64,000 nucleotides of DNA from Squalus acanthias. Its lineage: Eukaryota. How positions within the stretch are numbered: the first letter of the stretch is position 1; each line of letters starts with the position of its first letter. This document shows positions 11,340 to 22,961 of this stretch, piece by piece. The notes beneath the pieces were generated by a model. It saw nothing but the letters and a program-made list of their open reading frames with translations, made no database searches and was not told the origin of the DNA. Both the position numbers and the translations under genes were made by a program. Where the stretch lies: the NCBI GenBank assembly GCA_030390025.1, contig CM059425.1, positions 169,262,001-169,326,000 on the forward strand, in the 5' to 3' direction.

Positions 11340-14210
11340 ATTTTTCTTTTATTCGTTCATGGGATGTGGGTGTCGCTGGCAAGGCCAGCATTTATTGTCC
11401 ATCACTAATTGCCTTTAAGAAGGTGGTGGTGAACCACCTTCTTCAACCGCTGCAGTCCATGTGGTGCAGGTCCTCCCACACTGCTGTTAGGGAGGGAGTT
11501 CCAGGATTTTGACCCAGCGACTATGAAGGATCGGCGATATATTTCCAAGTCAGAATGGTGTGTGACTTGGAGAGGAACTTGGAGGTGGTGGTGTTCCCAT
11601 GTGCCTGCTGCCCTTGTCCTTCTAAGTGGTAGAGGTCGCGGGTTTGGGAGGTGCTGTCGAAGAAGCCTTGGCGAGTTGCTGCAGTGCATCTTGTAGATGG
11701 TACACACTGCAGACACGGTACGTCGGTGATGGAGGGAGAGAATATTTAAGGTGGTGGATGGGGTGCCAATCAAGCGGACTGCTTTGTTCTAGATGGTGCC
11801 AAGCTTCTTGAGTGTTGTTGGAGCTGCACTCATCCAGGCAAGTGGAGAGTATTTCATCACACTTCTGACTTGTGCCTTGTAGATGGTGGAAAGGCTTTGT
11901 GGAGTCAGGAGGTGAGACACTCGCCACAGAATACCCAGCCTCTGACCTGCTCTTGTAGCCACAGTATTTATGTGGCTTGTCCAGTTAAGTTTCTGGTCAG
12001 TGGTGACCCCCAGGATGTTGATGGTGGGGGATTCGGTGATAATAATGCCGTTGAATGTCAAGGGGTGGTGGTTAGACTCTCCCTTGTTGGACTCTCATTG
12101 CCTGGCACTTGTGTGGCGCGAATGTTACTTGCCGCTTATCAGCCCAAGCCTGAATGTCGTCCAGGTCTTGCTGTACGCTGGAATGGAATACATAATTATC
12201 TGAAGAACTGAACACTGTGCAATCATCAGCGAACATCCCCACTTCTGACCCTATGATGGCGGGAAGATCATTGATGAAACAACTGAAGATGGTTGTGCCT
12301 AGGACACTGCCCTGAGAAACTCCTGCGGAGCTTTCCCGAAGCTGAGATGATTAGCCTCCAACAACCACAACCATCTTCCTTTGTGCTAGCTATGACTCCA
12401 GCTAGTGGAGAGCTTTCCCCCTGATTCCCACTGACTTCAATTTTACTAGGGCTCCTTGATGCCACACTCAGTCAAATGCTGCCTTGATGTCAAAGGCAGT
12501 CACGCTCACCTACCCTTTGGAATTCAGCTCTTTTGTCCATGTTTGGACCAAGGCTGTAATGAGGTCTGGAGCCGAGTGGTCCTGGCGGAACCCAAACTGA
12601 AAATCAGTGAGCAGGTTAATGGTGAGTAACTGCCGCTTGATAGCACTGTTGACGACACCTTTCATCACTTGCTGATGATTGAGAGTGGGGCGGTAATTGG
12701 CCGGATTGGATTTGTCCTGCTTTTTGTGGACAGGACATACATGGGCAATTTTCCACATTGACGGGTAGATGCCAGTATTGTAGCTGTGCTGGAACAGCTT
12801 GGCCAGAGGCGTGGCTAGTTCTGGAGCACAAGTCTTCAGCACGACAGCTGGGATGTCGTCAGGGCCCATAGCCTTTGCTGTATCTAGTGCGCTCAGCCAT
12901 TTCTTTATTTCACGTAGAGTGAATCGAATTGGCTGAAGACTGGCTTCTGTGATGGTGGAGACATCAGGAGGAGGCTGATATGGATCACCCACTTGGTACT
13001 TCTGGCTGAAGATGGTTGCGAACGCTTCAGCCTTGTCTTTTGCACTCACATGCTGGGCTCCACCATCATTGAGGATGGGAATGTTCATGGAGCCTCCTCC
13101 TCCCATTAGTTGTTTAATTGTCCACCACCATTCACGACTGGATGTGGCAGGGCAACACGGTGGCATAGTGGTTAGCACTGGTGCCTCACAGCGCCAGAGA
13201 CCCGGGTTCGAATCTGACCTCGGGTGACTGTCTGTGTAGAGTTTGCACATTCTCCCCGTGTCTGCGTGGGTTTCCTCCGGGTGCTCCGGTTTCCTCCCAC
13301 AGTCCAAAAATGTGTGGGTTAGGTTGATTTGGCTATGATAAATTGACCCTTAGTGTTAGTGGGGATTAAATATGTGGGGTTATGGGGATAGGATGGGATA
13401 TGTTAGGGGGAATTAAATACGTGGGGTTACGGGGGTAGGGTGGGATATGTGTACTGTGGGGATTAAAGCAGGGACAGGGTACTGGATTTGGATGATCAGC
13501 CATGATCGTATTGAATGGCGGAGCAGGCTCGACGGGCCGAATGGCCTACTCCTGCTCCTAGATTCTATGTTTCTATGTTTGATCTGATCTGTTGGTTGTG
13601 GGATTGCTTAGCTGTGTCTATAGCATGCTGTTTCTGCTATTTAGCATGCATGTAGTCCTGTGTTGTAGCTTCATCAGGTTGGCACCTCATTTTTAGGTAC
13701 GCCTGGTGCTGCTCCTGGCATGCTCTTCTACACTCCTCATTGAACCAGGGTTGCTCCCTGGCTTGATGGCAATGGTAGTGTGAGGGATATGCCAGGCAAT
13801 GAGGTTACAGATTGTGGTGGAATACAGTTCTGCTGCTGCTGATGGCCCACAGCGCCTCATGGATGTCCAGGTTTGAGCTGCTAGATCTGTTCTGAATTTA
13901 TCCCATTTAGCACGATGGTAGTGCCACACAACATGATGGAGAGTGTCCTCAGTGTGAAGACGGGACTTCATGTCCACAAGGACTGTGTGGTGGTCACTCC
14001 TACCAATACTATCATGGACAGATGCATCTACGACAGGTAGATTGGTGAGGACGAGGTCAAGTAGATTTTTCCCTCATGTTGGTTCTCTTACCACCTGCCG
14101 CAGGCCCAGACTGGCAGCTATGTCCTTCAGGACTCAGCCAGCTCGATCAGTAGTGGTGCTACTGAGCCACTCTTGGTGATGGACATTGAAGTCCCCCACC
14201 CAGAGTACGT
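11340..14210 (-). mobile_element. LINE family B, long copy (endonuclease C-terminus, RT, 3' UTR), interrupted by HE1 SINE
   Basis: ORF fragments 13693-13977, 12510-13140, 11789-12061 and 11405-11773 are colinear with the 5207-6820 copy. Confidence 0.9.
13150..13580 (+). mobile_element. HE1-type V-SINE
   Basis: tRNA-like head with A box TGGCATAGTGG and B box GGTTCGAATC; V domain GAGTTTGCACATTCTCCCCGTGTCTGCGTGGGTTTCCTCCGGGTGCTCCGG; 3' tail matches the CR1 3' ends in this window (GATCAGCCATGATC...CCTACTCCTGCTCCT, TTCTATG repeats). Confidence 0.85.
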
Positions 14211-14316
14211 TCAATAAGTAGTTATCACTGTGACTTAATCAGTGTCCCTAATGAGATTTGCTAACTATTAACTAGAAAACTGCAAGAAACTCACGATGTA
14301 ACTGAGCAGCAACTTA

Positions 14317-14448
14317 GCCCCGATTCTGACCTAACCTGCCTGGCGAGAATGGGCGAAACACCTGTTTAATCCCTCGTCCGATTTTACGAGAAGGTATAAA
14401 ATGAGCATCCAACCCAAACCGCCAGTTAGACTAGGTTAAAATCGGGAC
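14317..14448. mobile_element. Palindromic MITE relic
   Basis: Ends CCCGATTCTGACCTA...TAGGTTAAAATCGGG; related to the element at 16050-16223. Confidence 0.45.
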
Positions 14449-15329
14449 TCCTGAATCTGACATGACCAGGCCACAATTGTCTAAAATCAGTCTTGCTTAA
14501 GAAAAACTAAATATTGAACCCACAGCTTGAGGCAGAAGGAACAGGAGAACATTTCTTATGCAATGTGGTTGTAAGTGAGTTGAATTATGACAAATACACT
14601 ACATAAATCCAGCTGTCCCGTGGGTGCTTATATGAAAGGCAGCAGGAAACTTCAAACATTTATATTGCCTCCTCTTAAAAGCCATTCTTGATTAAATAGA
14701 GAGTACTTCATGGACAATCATGATATACCATTTGTATTCTATTATGGGTGAGGTGACCCAATAATTCATGAGCAGTATTAGTTTTCCACTCCAAATACCT
14801 TCATTTATATTTATTAAGATTTATGATCAGTTTCTATCCATTGGTCTAGATTTTCCAATATCGTTATGCTCGATTTTCGAGTGAGCTTAATGGAAAAAGG
14901 GGCAGAGAGGTGTTATATCTGTTTCCCTACTTATGAAAATCATGCTAGCAAGATTCCATTGGAAGTAACTTTGACATCTCTTTTTACATCTCTCCTGATT
15001 TTTATTTCCATTGAAATAAATGGAGCGTTTTCCCCCATGTTACACACCATTTCAGCCAATAACCAGTAAGGAGTAACGAGGGAGGTAAAGTACACACAAT
15101 GATCAAGAAACACTCGCACACTCTACTTTTAATCTTAACATTTTACCAACAAACGCACAAAAACATTAAAATATACGTGAATACGCCTTGCGAATATGAG
15201 CATTGAGATCACATGCCCAACGACAGTGCTTATTACTTATTTTTTTATTACTAATACAATTAGCCACATGTGGGTTCCCAATTAGCCACAGGTGGCTAGT
15301 GGCTAATGTAGTGGACAACATTACAGTAC

Positions 15330-16410
15330 CCTATGTGAAAGACTATTCCAAGTGTTGATCACTTTTTGCGTGACTGCTTCTTGGACTTGTGTCCTAAAAT
15401 GACCTTTCAGCAGTTTTACCCTATGCCTCCTTATTCCTATATCCTGGCATACCTTGAAATAGGTTTTACTATGGCATTTAGTACCTTATGTACAGTTTAC
15501 TTTTCTAAGATGACCTCTTAGTCACCCCCTTTCAAGGTAAAAGAAACTCAGTTTTTCCAGGCTTTTCTTGTAACTCAGTTCTTTAACACTAGGCATCAGC
15601 CTGTGTCTCTTCCCTCTCCCACCCCACTTTGAGCATTTCCTTGTTTCCCGGTGATCAAAAACACAGTGCTTGATGTGTGTTCTGACCAGGGCACTGTACC
15701 ATTTCAGCATGAATTTTGTAGCAATTTGATTTAAGTATTTACTTATTGCTGGTTTGATGGGATCAATTTCAGTCCTTAGTGTTCCTGGTCCAGAGCTTCA
15801 CACACCATAAATGCATATCGAGAAATGAGGTGTGTGCTCTTGCAGTGTGGAGCTCTCTGCTGGAAAAGAAAAAGGTGAAAATTTACTCCAACCTGTTAAG
15901 TACTAAATCTAAGATCACCCTAGATCCCTTTTCACGTCACCTTTAAGTATTCACTTGTAAAATCCATTTTTTCTTTTCTTTTGTAAGCTTCCTCCAACTT
16001 GACTACCTCCTCTATTTAGTAGCATCTGTGAATTAGGTTGCTGAATTGATCATTTGAACCTAACCTGTCTAACTGACTGAATCAGATCAGCTGCTTGTTT
16101 CACTCCGCCTGATTTTACTTTACAATGAAGTCAATGGAGAGTAAAATCGGGTGGGGTGTAATACAGGCGGCCGACCTCATCCAGTCAGTTGCCCACCAGG
16201 CGGATTAGGTTAAAATTGCCCTCAAGACAGTAGATAGCATAGAAACAGAAGCCCCAGTACTGATCCCTGGGGCACTTCTCTCACAACCTTTCCCCCTGAC
16301 CCTGACATCATTCTGTACCTATTGCTTTCTTTTCTTCAGCTAAATCCTATTCACACCCAGGTTTATCTTGAATTACCACTAGCTTTCAGTTTCAGTAGTG
16401 AGGAACTTCA
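15330..16410 (-). mobile_element. Old CR1 fragments with an embedded palindromic MITE (16050-16223)
   Basis: LKWYSALVRTHIKHCV corresponds to CR1 LQLYRALVRPHLEYCV; reverse complement of 16253-16276 encodes VPQGSVLG. The MITE has central CAATGAAGTCAATGG and TAGGTTAAAATTGCCC end. Confidence 0.55.
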
Positions 16411-16558
16411 TCAAAGGCTTTTCTCTCTGTTTTAAAGAAAACATTTATGTTATAAATGTGCTCTTTTCAGTTTCTCAGAATTTTTGTTCACTTTAAGTCT
16501 ACATTCCTCCACTTTTGCAGGTTTGTTTTCGGTAAAAGGAAAAGTTACATTAAATGCA

Positions 16559-16571
16559 CCACTAGGGGGCA
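16559..16571 (+). promoter_or_regulatory. CTCF-like motif
   Basis: CCACTAGGGGGCA fits the CTCF core consensus CCASYAGRKGGCR; located in non-repeat DNA. Confidence 0.5.
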
Positions 16572-16989
16572 TGCAGCTACAGTGAATCAGGTCTTGCTGC
16601 TTTTAAGATGGTATCGGGGGAAGTAAATCTTATTTTATTGTTACATTTATATAGAGTTACAATTCCATAAGGCAGCAGCAAACAATCTTTCAGCCATTTC
16701 AAAGATTTTATCTTTTTTATACTCAATAAAATAGCAAATTCAACTTTACATCACTTTAAAGTAATCCTTTGATTATTTTCATTATTAAAATTAAGACATT
16801 TCATCAAATTTATTTACTTGATCTTGACAGTGATGTGGAGTGCAATGAGTTGTTTATATATACTTTGAACCTGGGAAATCATTCCAGAAAATGGCTAGGC
16901 ACCATTGAACAACAGTAATGAATAAAACAAAGGGAGCGTGTTTTGACTCATTATCCTGAAAATTGTTTGATTTTTATTCATTGCACCAC

Positions 16990-17002
16990 TGTCCTCTAGT
17001 GG
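16990..17002 (-). promoter_or_regulatory. CTCF-like motif (convergent with 16559)
   Basis: Reverse complement CCACTAGAGGACA, one mismatch to consensus. Confidence 0.35.
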
Positions 17003-17848
17003 AGACTAGCAGAGTTCAGTAACTATATATGGTACTGCTAGTGATGCTGTGTGATCAATTGTAAATCAACCACACCATCAAGCAAATGTTAAGTGATCTA
17101 TATAAAATCATTAGTTATATATAGATGGCTTTCATATGGATGTTACCATGGATGAACTAACTAAATTCTGCCTGCACAACAAAAATACACTATACATCAC
17201 TTCAGTTAACACCTGACAATATGACCTCATTGATCCAGAAATGAAGCTGTATCTGAGTAAAATTATTCTTACATTAAACTCATACATGTTTTTATTTGTT
17301 TTGTCAAAAATATTTCAATAAAGCTCTCAAACATATAACAGTGATATAACCAAACATTTGCAGAATGGGCTTGGCAATAAATAAATTAATAATCACCTTT
17401 GCTTGTGGCCTCAACATTCACAGAGACATTGCAAAACAAGGAATACACCGTGTTATCACTTCAGTGTTAATGTTCTTGGGATCTGTATAAAAGAATTGGA
17501 GTGATTGGGTTTGGGTGGTTCAACACACACCCTTAATTGTGCAGCAGAATTATATGTTATGTGGAATCAACCTTGCCACTGTACTAGCCTCAACAGTACC
17601 TCTGTTCACAGCCTTCGCACCAATAACTCTTTTGCTTCCATCATGACCCCCAGCCCCAGAAATGCCACTGTTTGCCTCACCTATTTCCCACTCCTCTGGT
17701 CCCCTCATGCTCTGTGAATAACCTGGTGTCACATCCTCACTAACACTATCTAATTCCCCCTGGGTGAAAGTATCTGAGGTAGTGCATGGGAGTGAAAAAG
17801 CAAGTGGTCCAGCAGGTGAGATAAAGGAAGTGGTAGCAGAGGAACACA

Positions 17849-18877
17849 GCAACAACAACTTGTATTTATATAGCACCTTTAACGTAGTAAAATGTCCCAA
17901 GGCGCTTCACAGGAGTATGATAAGACAAAAATTTGACACCGAGCCACTTAAGGAGAAATTAGGATAGATGGTCAAAGAGGTAGGTTTTAAGGAGCGTCTT
18001 AAAGGGGGAAAGTGAGGTAGAGAGGCGGAAAGGTTTAGGGAGGGAATTCCAGAGTTTAGGGCCTAGACAGCTGAAGGCACGGCCACCAATGGTTGAGCAA
18101 TTATAATCGGATGCTCAAGAGAGCAGAATTAGAGGAACACAGATATCTTGGGGGGTGGTGGGGCTGGAGGAGATTACAGAGATAGGGAGGGGCGAAACCA
18201 TGGAGGGATTTGAAAAGAAGGATGAGAATTTTGAAATCGAGGCATTGCTTAACCGAGAGCCAATGTAGGTCAGCGAGCACAGGGGTGATGGGTGAACGGG
18301 ACTTGGTGCGAGTTAGGACACGGGCAGCCAAGTTTTGGATGACCTCAAGTTTACATAGGTTAGAATGTGGAGGCCAGCCAGGAGTGCGTTGGAATAGTCA
18401 AGTCTAGAGGTAACAAAGGCATGGATGAGGGTTTCAGAAGCGGATGAGCTGAGGCAGGGGCGGAGACGGGCGATTTTACGGAGGTGGAAATAGGCGGTCT
18501 TAGTTATGCTGCAGATGTGTGGTTGGAAGCTCATTTCAGGGTCAAATATGACATCAAAGTTGCGAACAATGTGGTTCAGCCTCAGACAGATGTTAGGGAG
18601 AGTGATGGAGTTGGTGGCTAGGGAACGGAGTTTGTGGCAGGGACCGAAGACAATGGCTTCAGTCTTCCCAATATTTAATTGGAGAAAATTCCTGCTCATC
18701 CAGTACTGGATGTCGGACAAGCAGTCTGACAATTTAGAGACCGTGGAGGGGTCGAGAGAAGAGGTAGTGAGGTAGAGCTGGGTGTCGTCAGCGTACATGT
18801 GGAAACTGATGCTGTGTTTTCTGATGAGGTCGCCAAGGGGCAGCATGTAGGTGAGAGATAGGAGGGGGCCAAGGATC
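17849..18877 (-). mobile_element. L2 LINE, 5'-truncated
   Basis: ILGPLL...FHMYADDTQLYL...LNIGKTEAIVFG...AFVTSRLDYSNALL; 3' end GTGCTATATAAATACAAGTTG(TTG)n. Confidence 0.9.
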
Positions 18878-20133
18878 GATACTATATTCAAAGTCTAACG
18901 TTTTCATGCTCTTTCGGTCAACTTTTTCTATTATAAATTCCAATGTCCACATTTATAATGGAAATTGCAATAATGATACTTTCCCCCAGTGGAAGGGTTC
19001 CTCTCGTGTGGAACCCAAAACTTCACACACTACTCCAACTGTGGTCTTATTATGGTTTTATAGATTTCACCATTACATAGTTATCTATTAAATATCTCAT
19101 AAACTTATCTTAGACAGAATGGCATTAACTGGTGTGTGGGTACCAGTGTAAAACTGTTAAAATGTTTTATTGAAGAACTTTTGTGATCCAAAAAGTCGGT
19201 TTTAAATTTGCAAGCTGTTGTTTGGCTTACAATTATATCCAAATTAACAACAGTTCAGCAAATGATGTTACAGGGTAACAGAAGCCTTATAAAGCAGTAT
19301 GGAGATAGGGGATATAATAATTCTGAAGCAGAAAAAATATGCATTGCAGAAGATCATAGTAACCAAAAATTCATGTGTGATGTTATATTTGCAAAAGGAA
19401 CTTTCTCTGGGATGTAACATTTCTTTGCAGTTTCTATCAAAGGTTTAAGGCACTAAGTAATCCTCATTTTCACACGCACCAATGTTATAAACCCCGGGCT
19501 TCACCTGCAGTGGATCATGGCACTCCTGCCCCTTCGCTTGGCAAATCCATTATATGGACTGAAAAACAGTCACATTGCATAAAATTGTATCACTGTTCCT
19601 TGCGGATATTATTGAATAAAACTCTGCCAGCGATTACAGTGGACAATATTTTTTCCATTGCTTATACTCCAAAATGTCCAAGTAAAGCATAATTAAGGAC
19701 GTTTAGGGGTAAAAGTTGGTTATGGCCCATTTTCAGATGCATAACTGACGGTGCATGAAGGCCCGTCCAAAATTGTGTCTTAGGCCTCATTTCAATAATT
19801 TGGGTGAGCTGCTGGTGCCTTTCGTGCCTCCAGAAGTGCTAGCCCATTGCCAGCATTCCAATTTTGGACCACCTGCCTCGCCGACAGTGACCCTCAGTTA
19901 AGTCCCGGAGGGTGGGATGATCGCGGGCTGGCAGTGGCCCTCAGAGCTGGGAGGAGCACTCCTGCTTTTCCTGGCTCCGCAGGAACATTTTTAAAATTTG
20001 CCACCCATTTTGCAATCCGCCCGATTTTCTTTTCCACAATGTAAAAGAGAATTGGGCCGAGGGTAAAACGATAGCTGATGTGTCTCGCTGTTTTGCGCCA
20101 TTGCCCAAGACAAATTTAGAATCATAGAATCGG

Positions 20134-20875
20134 GGGGAGAAATTCGGTATCGCCCCGTTTGGGGTGCTAACTTTTAAAAGTTAAAAAATAATGCTTTTCA
20201 ACTTTAAAAAAAATTGGGGTTTGCGTACCAGGAAGGAAGTGGAGTGCTAAATCAAGCGCTCCATTTCCTTCCTGGAGCGCAACAGGCAGCAGGCGGGGCG
20301 GTAGGTGAGCAGCGCTGCACACTGGGCCGTGCGGCGCTGCCGCGTTGGAAGGCTCCTTCCCTCCCTTAAAGGGAAGGGCCATCGCTGCAGGCTCTGCAAG
20401 GGGAAACCTTACCTGGTCCCCGACAGCAGCCGCGATCCGGCCCGATCAGCCCGATGCACTGCAGCAGAGTGCCGGGCTGATCGATCGCTGGTGAAGAGAA
20501 ATGAAAAAAAGAGAGAAAGAGCATTTCAGAATTCTTTCCATTTACCTCGGCCACCTTGCCTTTAAGTATCGCCCCGAAGCGCCCGGCCTCCTGATGAACG
20601 CCTCCTGCAGTTGTCGATGTTTTCGCCCGGCGATGCTGCAGGGGGTGGAACCGAAGTTCGGGTCCGGGGCGCTACCGGGGCAATGCGCACGGCGATGACG
20701 TCACAATCTCTGGGCAAAGGAGATCGGGGCGCAACGCCATACCGCCGCCGCAAACCTCCCGCCGAATATAGCGGGAGTCGATCTTCTCGCCATACCCGGT
20801 CGTTAAGTGCTTAGTGCCCCGTTAGCGCGCCCTGGAGATGATAACGGGAGGCGCAATGGTGCCTAATTTCTCCCC
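20134..20875. mobile_element. GC/CpG-rich non-autonomous Harbinger-like element inserted in the CR1 octamer tail
   Basis: TIRs GGGGAGAAATTCGGTATC / GGTGCCTAATTTCTCCCC (15/18 match); flanked on both sides by TAGAATCA repeats. Confidence 0.75.
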
Positions 20876-21225
20876 CATAGAATCATAGAATGGTTACAGC
20901 ACGGAAGAAGGCCATTCGGCCCGTCAAACCCATGCCGGCTCTCTGCAAGTGCACTTCAGCTAGTCCCACTCCCCTACCCTTTCCCCGTAGCCCTGCAAAT
21001 TTTTTTCCTTCAGGTATTTATCCAATTCCCTTTTGAAAGCTGTGATTGAGTTTGCCTCCACCACCCTTTCAGGCAGTGAATTCCAGATCTTAACCACTCG
21101 CTGAGTAAAAAAGTTTTTCCTCATGTCGTCTTTGGTTCTTCTGTCAATCACCTTAAAACTGTATCCTCTGGTTCTCGACCTTTCTGCCAATGGGAACAGT
21201 TTCTCTCTGTCTACTTTGTCCAGAC

Positions 21226-22920
21226 ATAAGAACATAAGAAATAGGAGCAGGAGTAGGCCAATCGGCCCTTCGAGCCTGCTCCGCCATTCAATAAGATCAT
21301 GGCTGATCTGATCCTAACCTCAAATCTAAAGAACACAAGAAGTAGGAGCAGGACCCGGCCACTCAGCCCCTGGGCCCGCTACGCCACCCACAGGGCCTCG
21401 ACCGATCCGAACTCAGCCTCATGTCCAATTTCCTGCCCGCTCCCCGTAACCCCTAATTCCCTTTACTTCTAGGAAACTGTCTATTTCTGTTTTAAATTTA
21501 TTTAATGATGTAGCTTCCACAGCTTCCTGGGGCAGCAAATTCCACAGACCTACTACCCTCTCAGTGAAGAAGTTTCTCCTCATCTCAGTTTTGAAAGAGC
21601 AGCCCCTTATTCTAAGATTATGCCCCCTAGTTCTAGTTTCACCCATCCTTGGGAACATCCTTACCGCATCCACCCGATCAAGCCCCTTCACAATCTTATA
21701 TGTTTCAATAAGATCGCCTCTCACTCTTCTGAACTCCAATGAGTAGAGTCCCAATCTACTCAACCTCTCCTCATATGTCCACTCCCTCATCCCGGGGATT
21801 AACCGAGTGAACCTTCTTTGTACTGCCTCGAGAGCAAGTATGTCTTTTCTTAAGTATGGACACCAAAACTGTATGCAGTATTCCAGGTGCGGTCTCACCA
21901 ATACCTTATATAACTGCAGCAATACCTCCCTGTTTTTATAATCTATCCCCCTAGCAATAAAAGCCAACATTCCATTGGCCTTCTTGATCACCTGCTGCAC
22001 CTGCATACTAACTTTTTGATTTTCTTGCACTAGGACCCCCAGATCCCTTTGTACTGCAGTACTTTCCAGTTTCTCGCCATTAAGATAATAACTTGCTCTT
22101 TGATTTTTCCTGCCAAAGTGCATAACCTCACATTTTCCAATATTGTATTGCATCTGCCAAATCTCCGCCCACTCACCCAGCCTGTCTATATCCCCTTGTA
22201 GGTTTTTTATGTCCTCCTCACTTTCTACTTTCCCTCCCATCTTTGTATCATCTGCAAACTTTGATATGTTACACTCGGTCCCCTCCTCCAAATCATTAAT
22301 ATAGATTGTAAAGAGTTGGGGACCCAGCACCGACCCCTGCGGAACACCACTGGCTACTGGTTGCCAGTCCGAGAATGAACCATTTATCCCAACTCTCTGC
22401 TTCCTGTTAGATAACCAATCCTCCACCCATGCCAGAATATTCCCCCCAATCCAGTGATTTTTTATCTTGAGCAATAATCTTTTATGTGGCACCTTGTCGA
22501 ATGCCTTTTGGAAGTCTAAATACACTACGTCCATTGGTTCCCCTTTATCCACCCTGTACGTTATGTTCTCAAAGAACTCAAGCAAATTTGTCAGACATGA
22601 CTTCCCCTTCATAAAGCCATGCTGACTTTGTCCTATTAAATTATGTTTATCTAAATGTTCCGTTACTGTCTCCTTAATAATAGACTCCAAAATTTTACCC
22701 ACCACAGATGTTAGGCTAACTGGTCTATAATTTCCAGCCTTCTGCCTACTACCCTTTTTAAATAAGGGTGTTACATTAGCAGTTTTCCAATCTGCTGGGA
22801 CCTTTGCTGAGTCCAGGGAATTTTGGAAAATTGTTACCAAAGCATCCACAATCCCTACTGCCACTTCCCTCAAGACCCTAGGATGTAAGCCATCAGGTCC
22901 AGGGGATTTATCCGCCTTGA
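21226..22920 (-). mobile_element. Young 5'-truncated CR1 nested in another CR1; RT reading frame 21419-22873 uninterrupted (484 aa)
   Basis: NYRPVSLTS, DFQKAFDKV, GVPQGSVLGP, KFADDTK; tail (TTCTTATG)n. Confidence 0.95.
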
Positions 22921-22961
22921 CCCCTCATGATTTTGAACACCTCTATCAAATCTCCTCTCAA

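Larger units (their letters stand above)
20119..22961 (-). mobile_element. 3' segment of a CR1 (family A), interrupted by a MITE in its tail and by a second CR1
   Basis: Encodes ...REKLFPLAERSRTRG...FFTQRVV; tail (ATTCTATG)n; resumes at 22921-22961 after the nested CR1. Colinear with 48970-49351. Confidence 0.85.

Noticed and set aside
13150..13225. tRNA gene
   Set aside because: It is the tRNA-derived head of the HE1 SINE, continuing into the V domain and CR1 tail.
12510..13307. 265-aa chimeric ORF
   Set aside because: Chance read-through from the antisense HE1 SINE into LINE family B ORF2.
15064..15325. Possible second solo LTR with repeated TTAGCCACA.GTGG dyads
   Set aside because: Ends in TTACA but lacks a clear TG start and TSD; identity unresolved.
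16521..16531. 11-nt micro-exon candidate (TTTTGCAG|GTTTGTTTTCG|GTAAAA)
   Set aside because: Weak donor, would frameshift the proposed CDS, and has no independent support.
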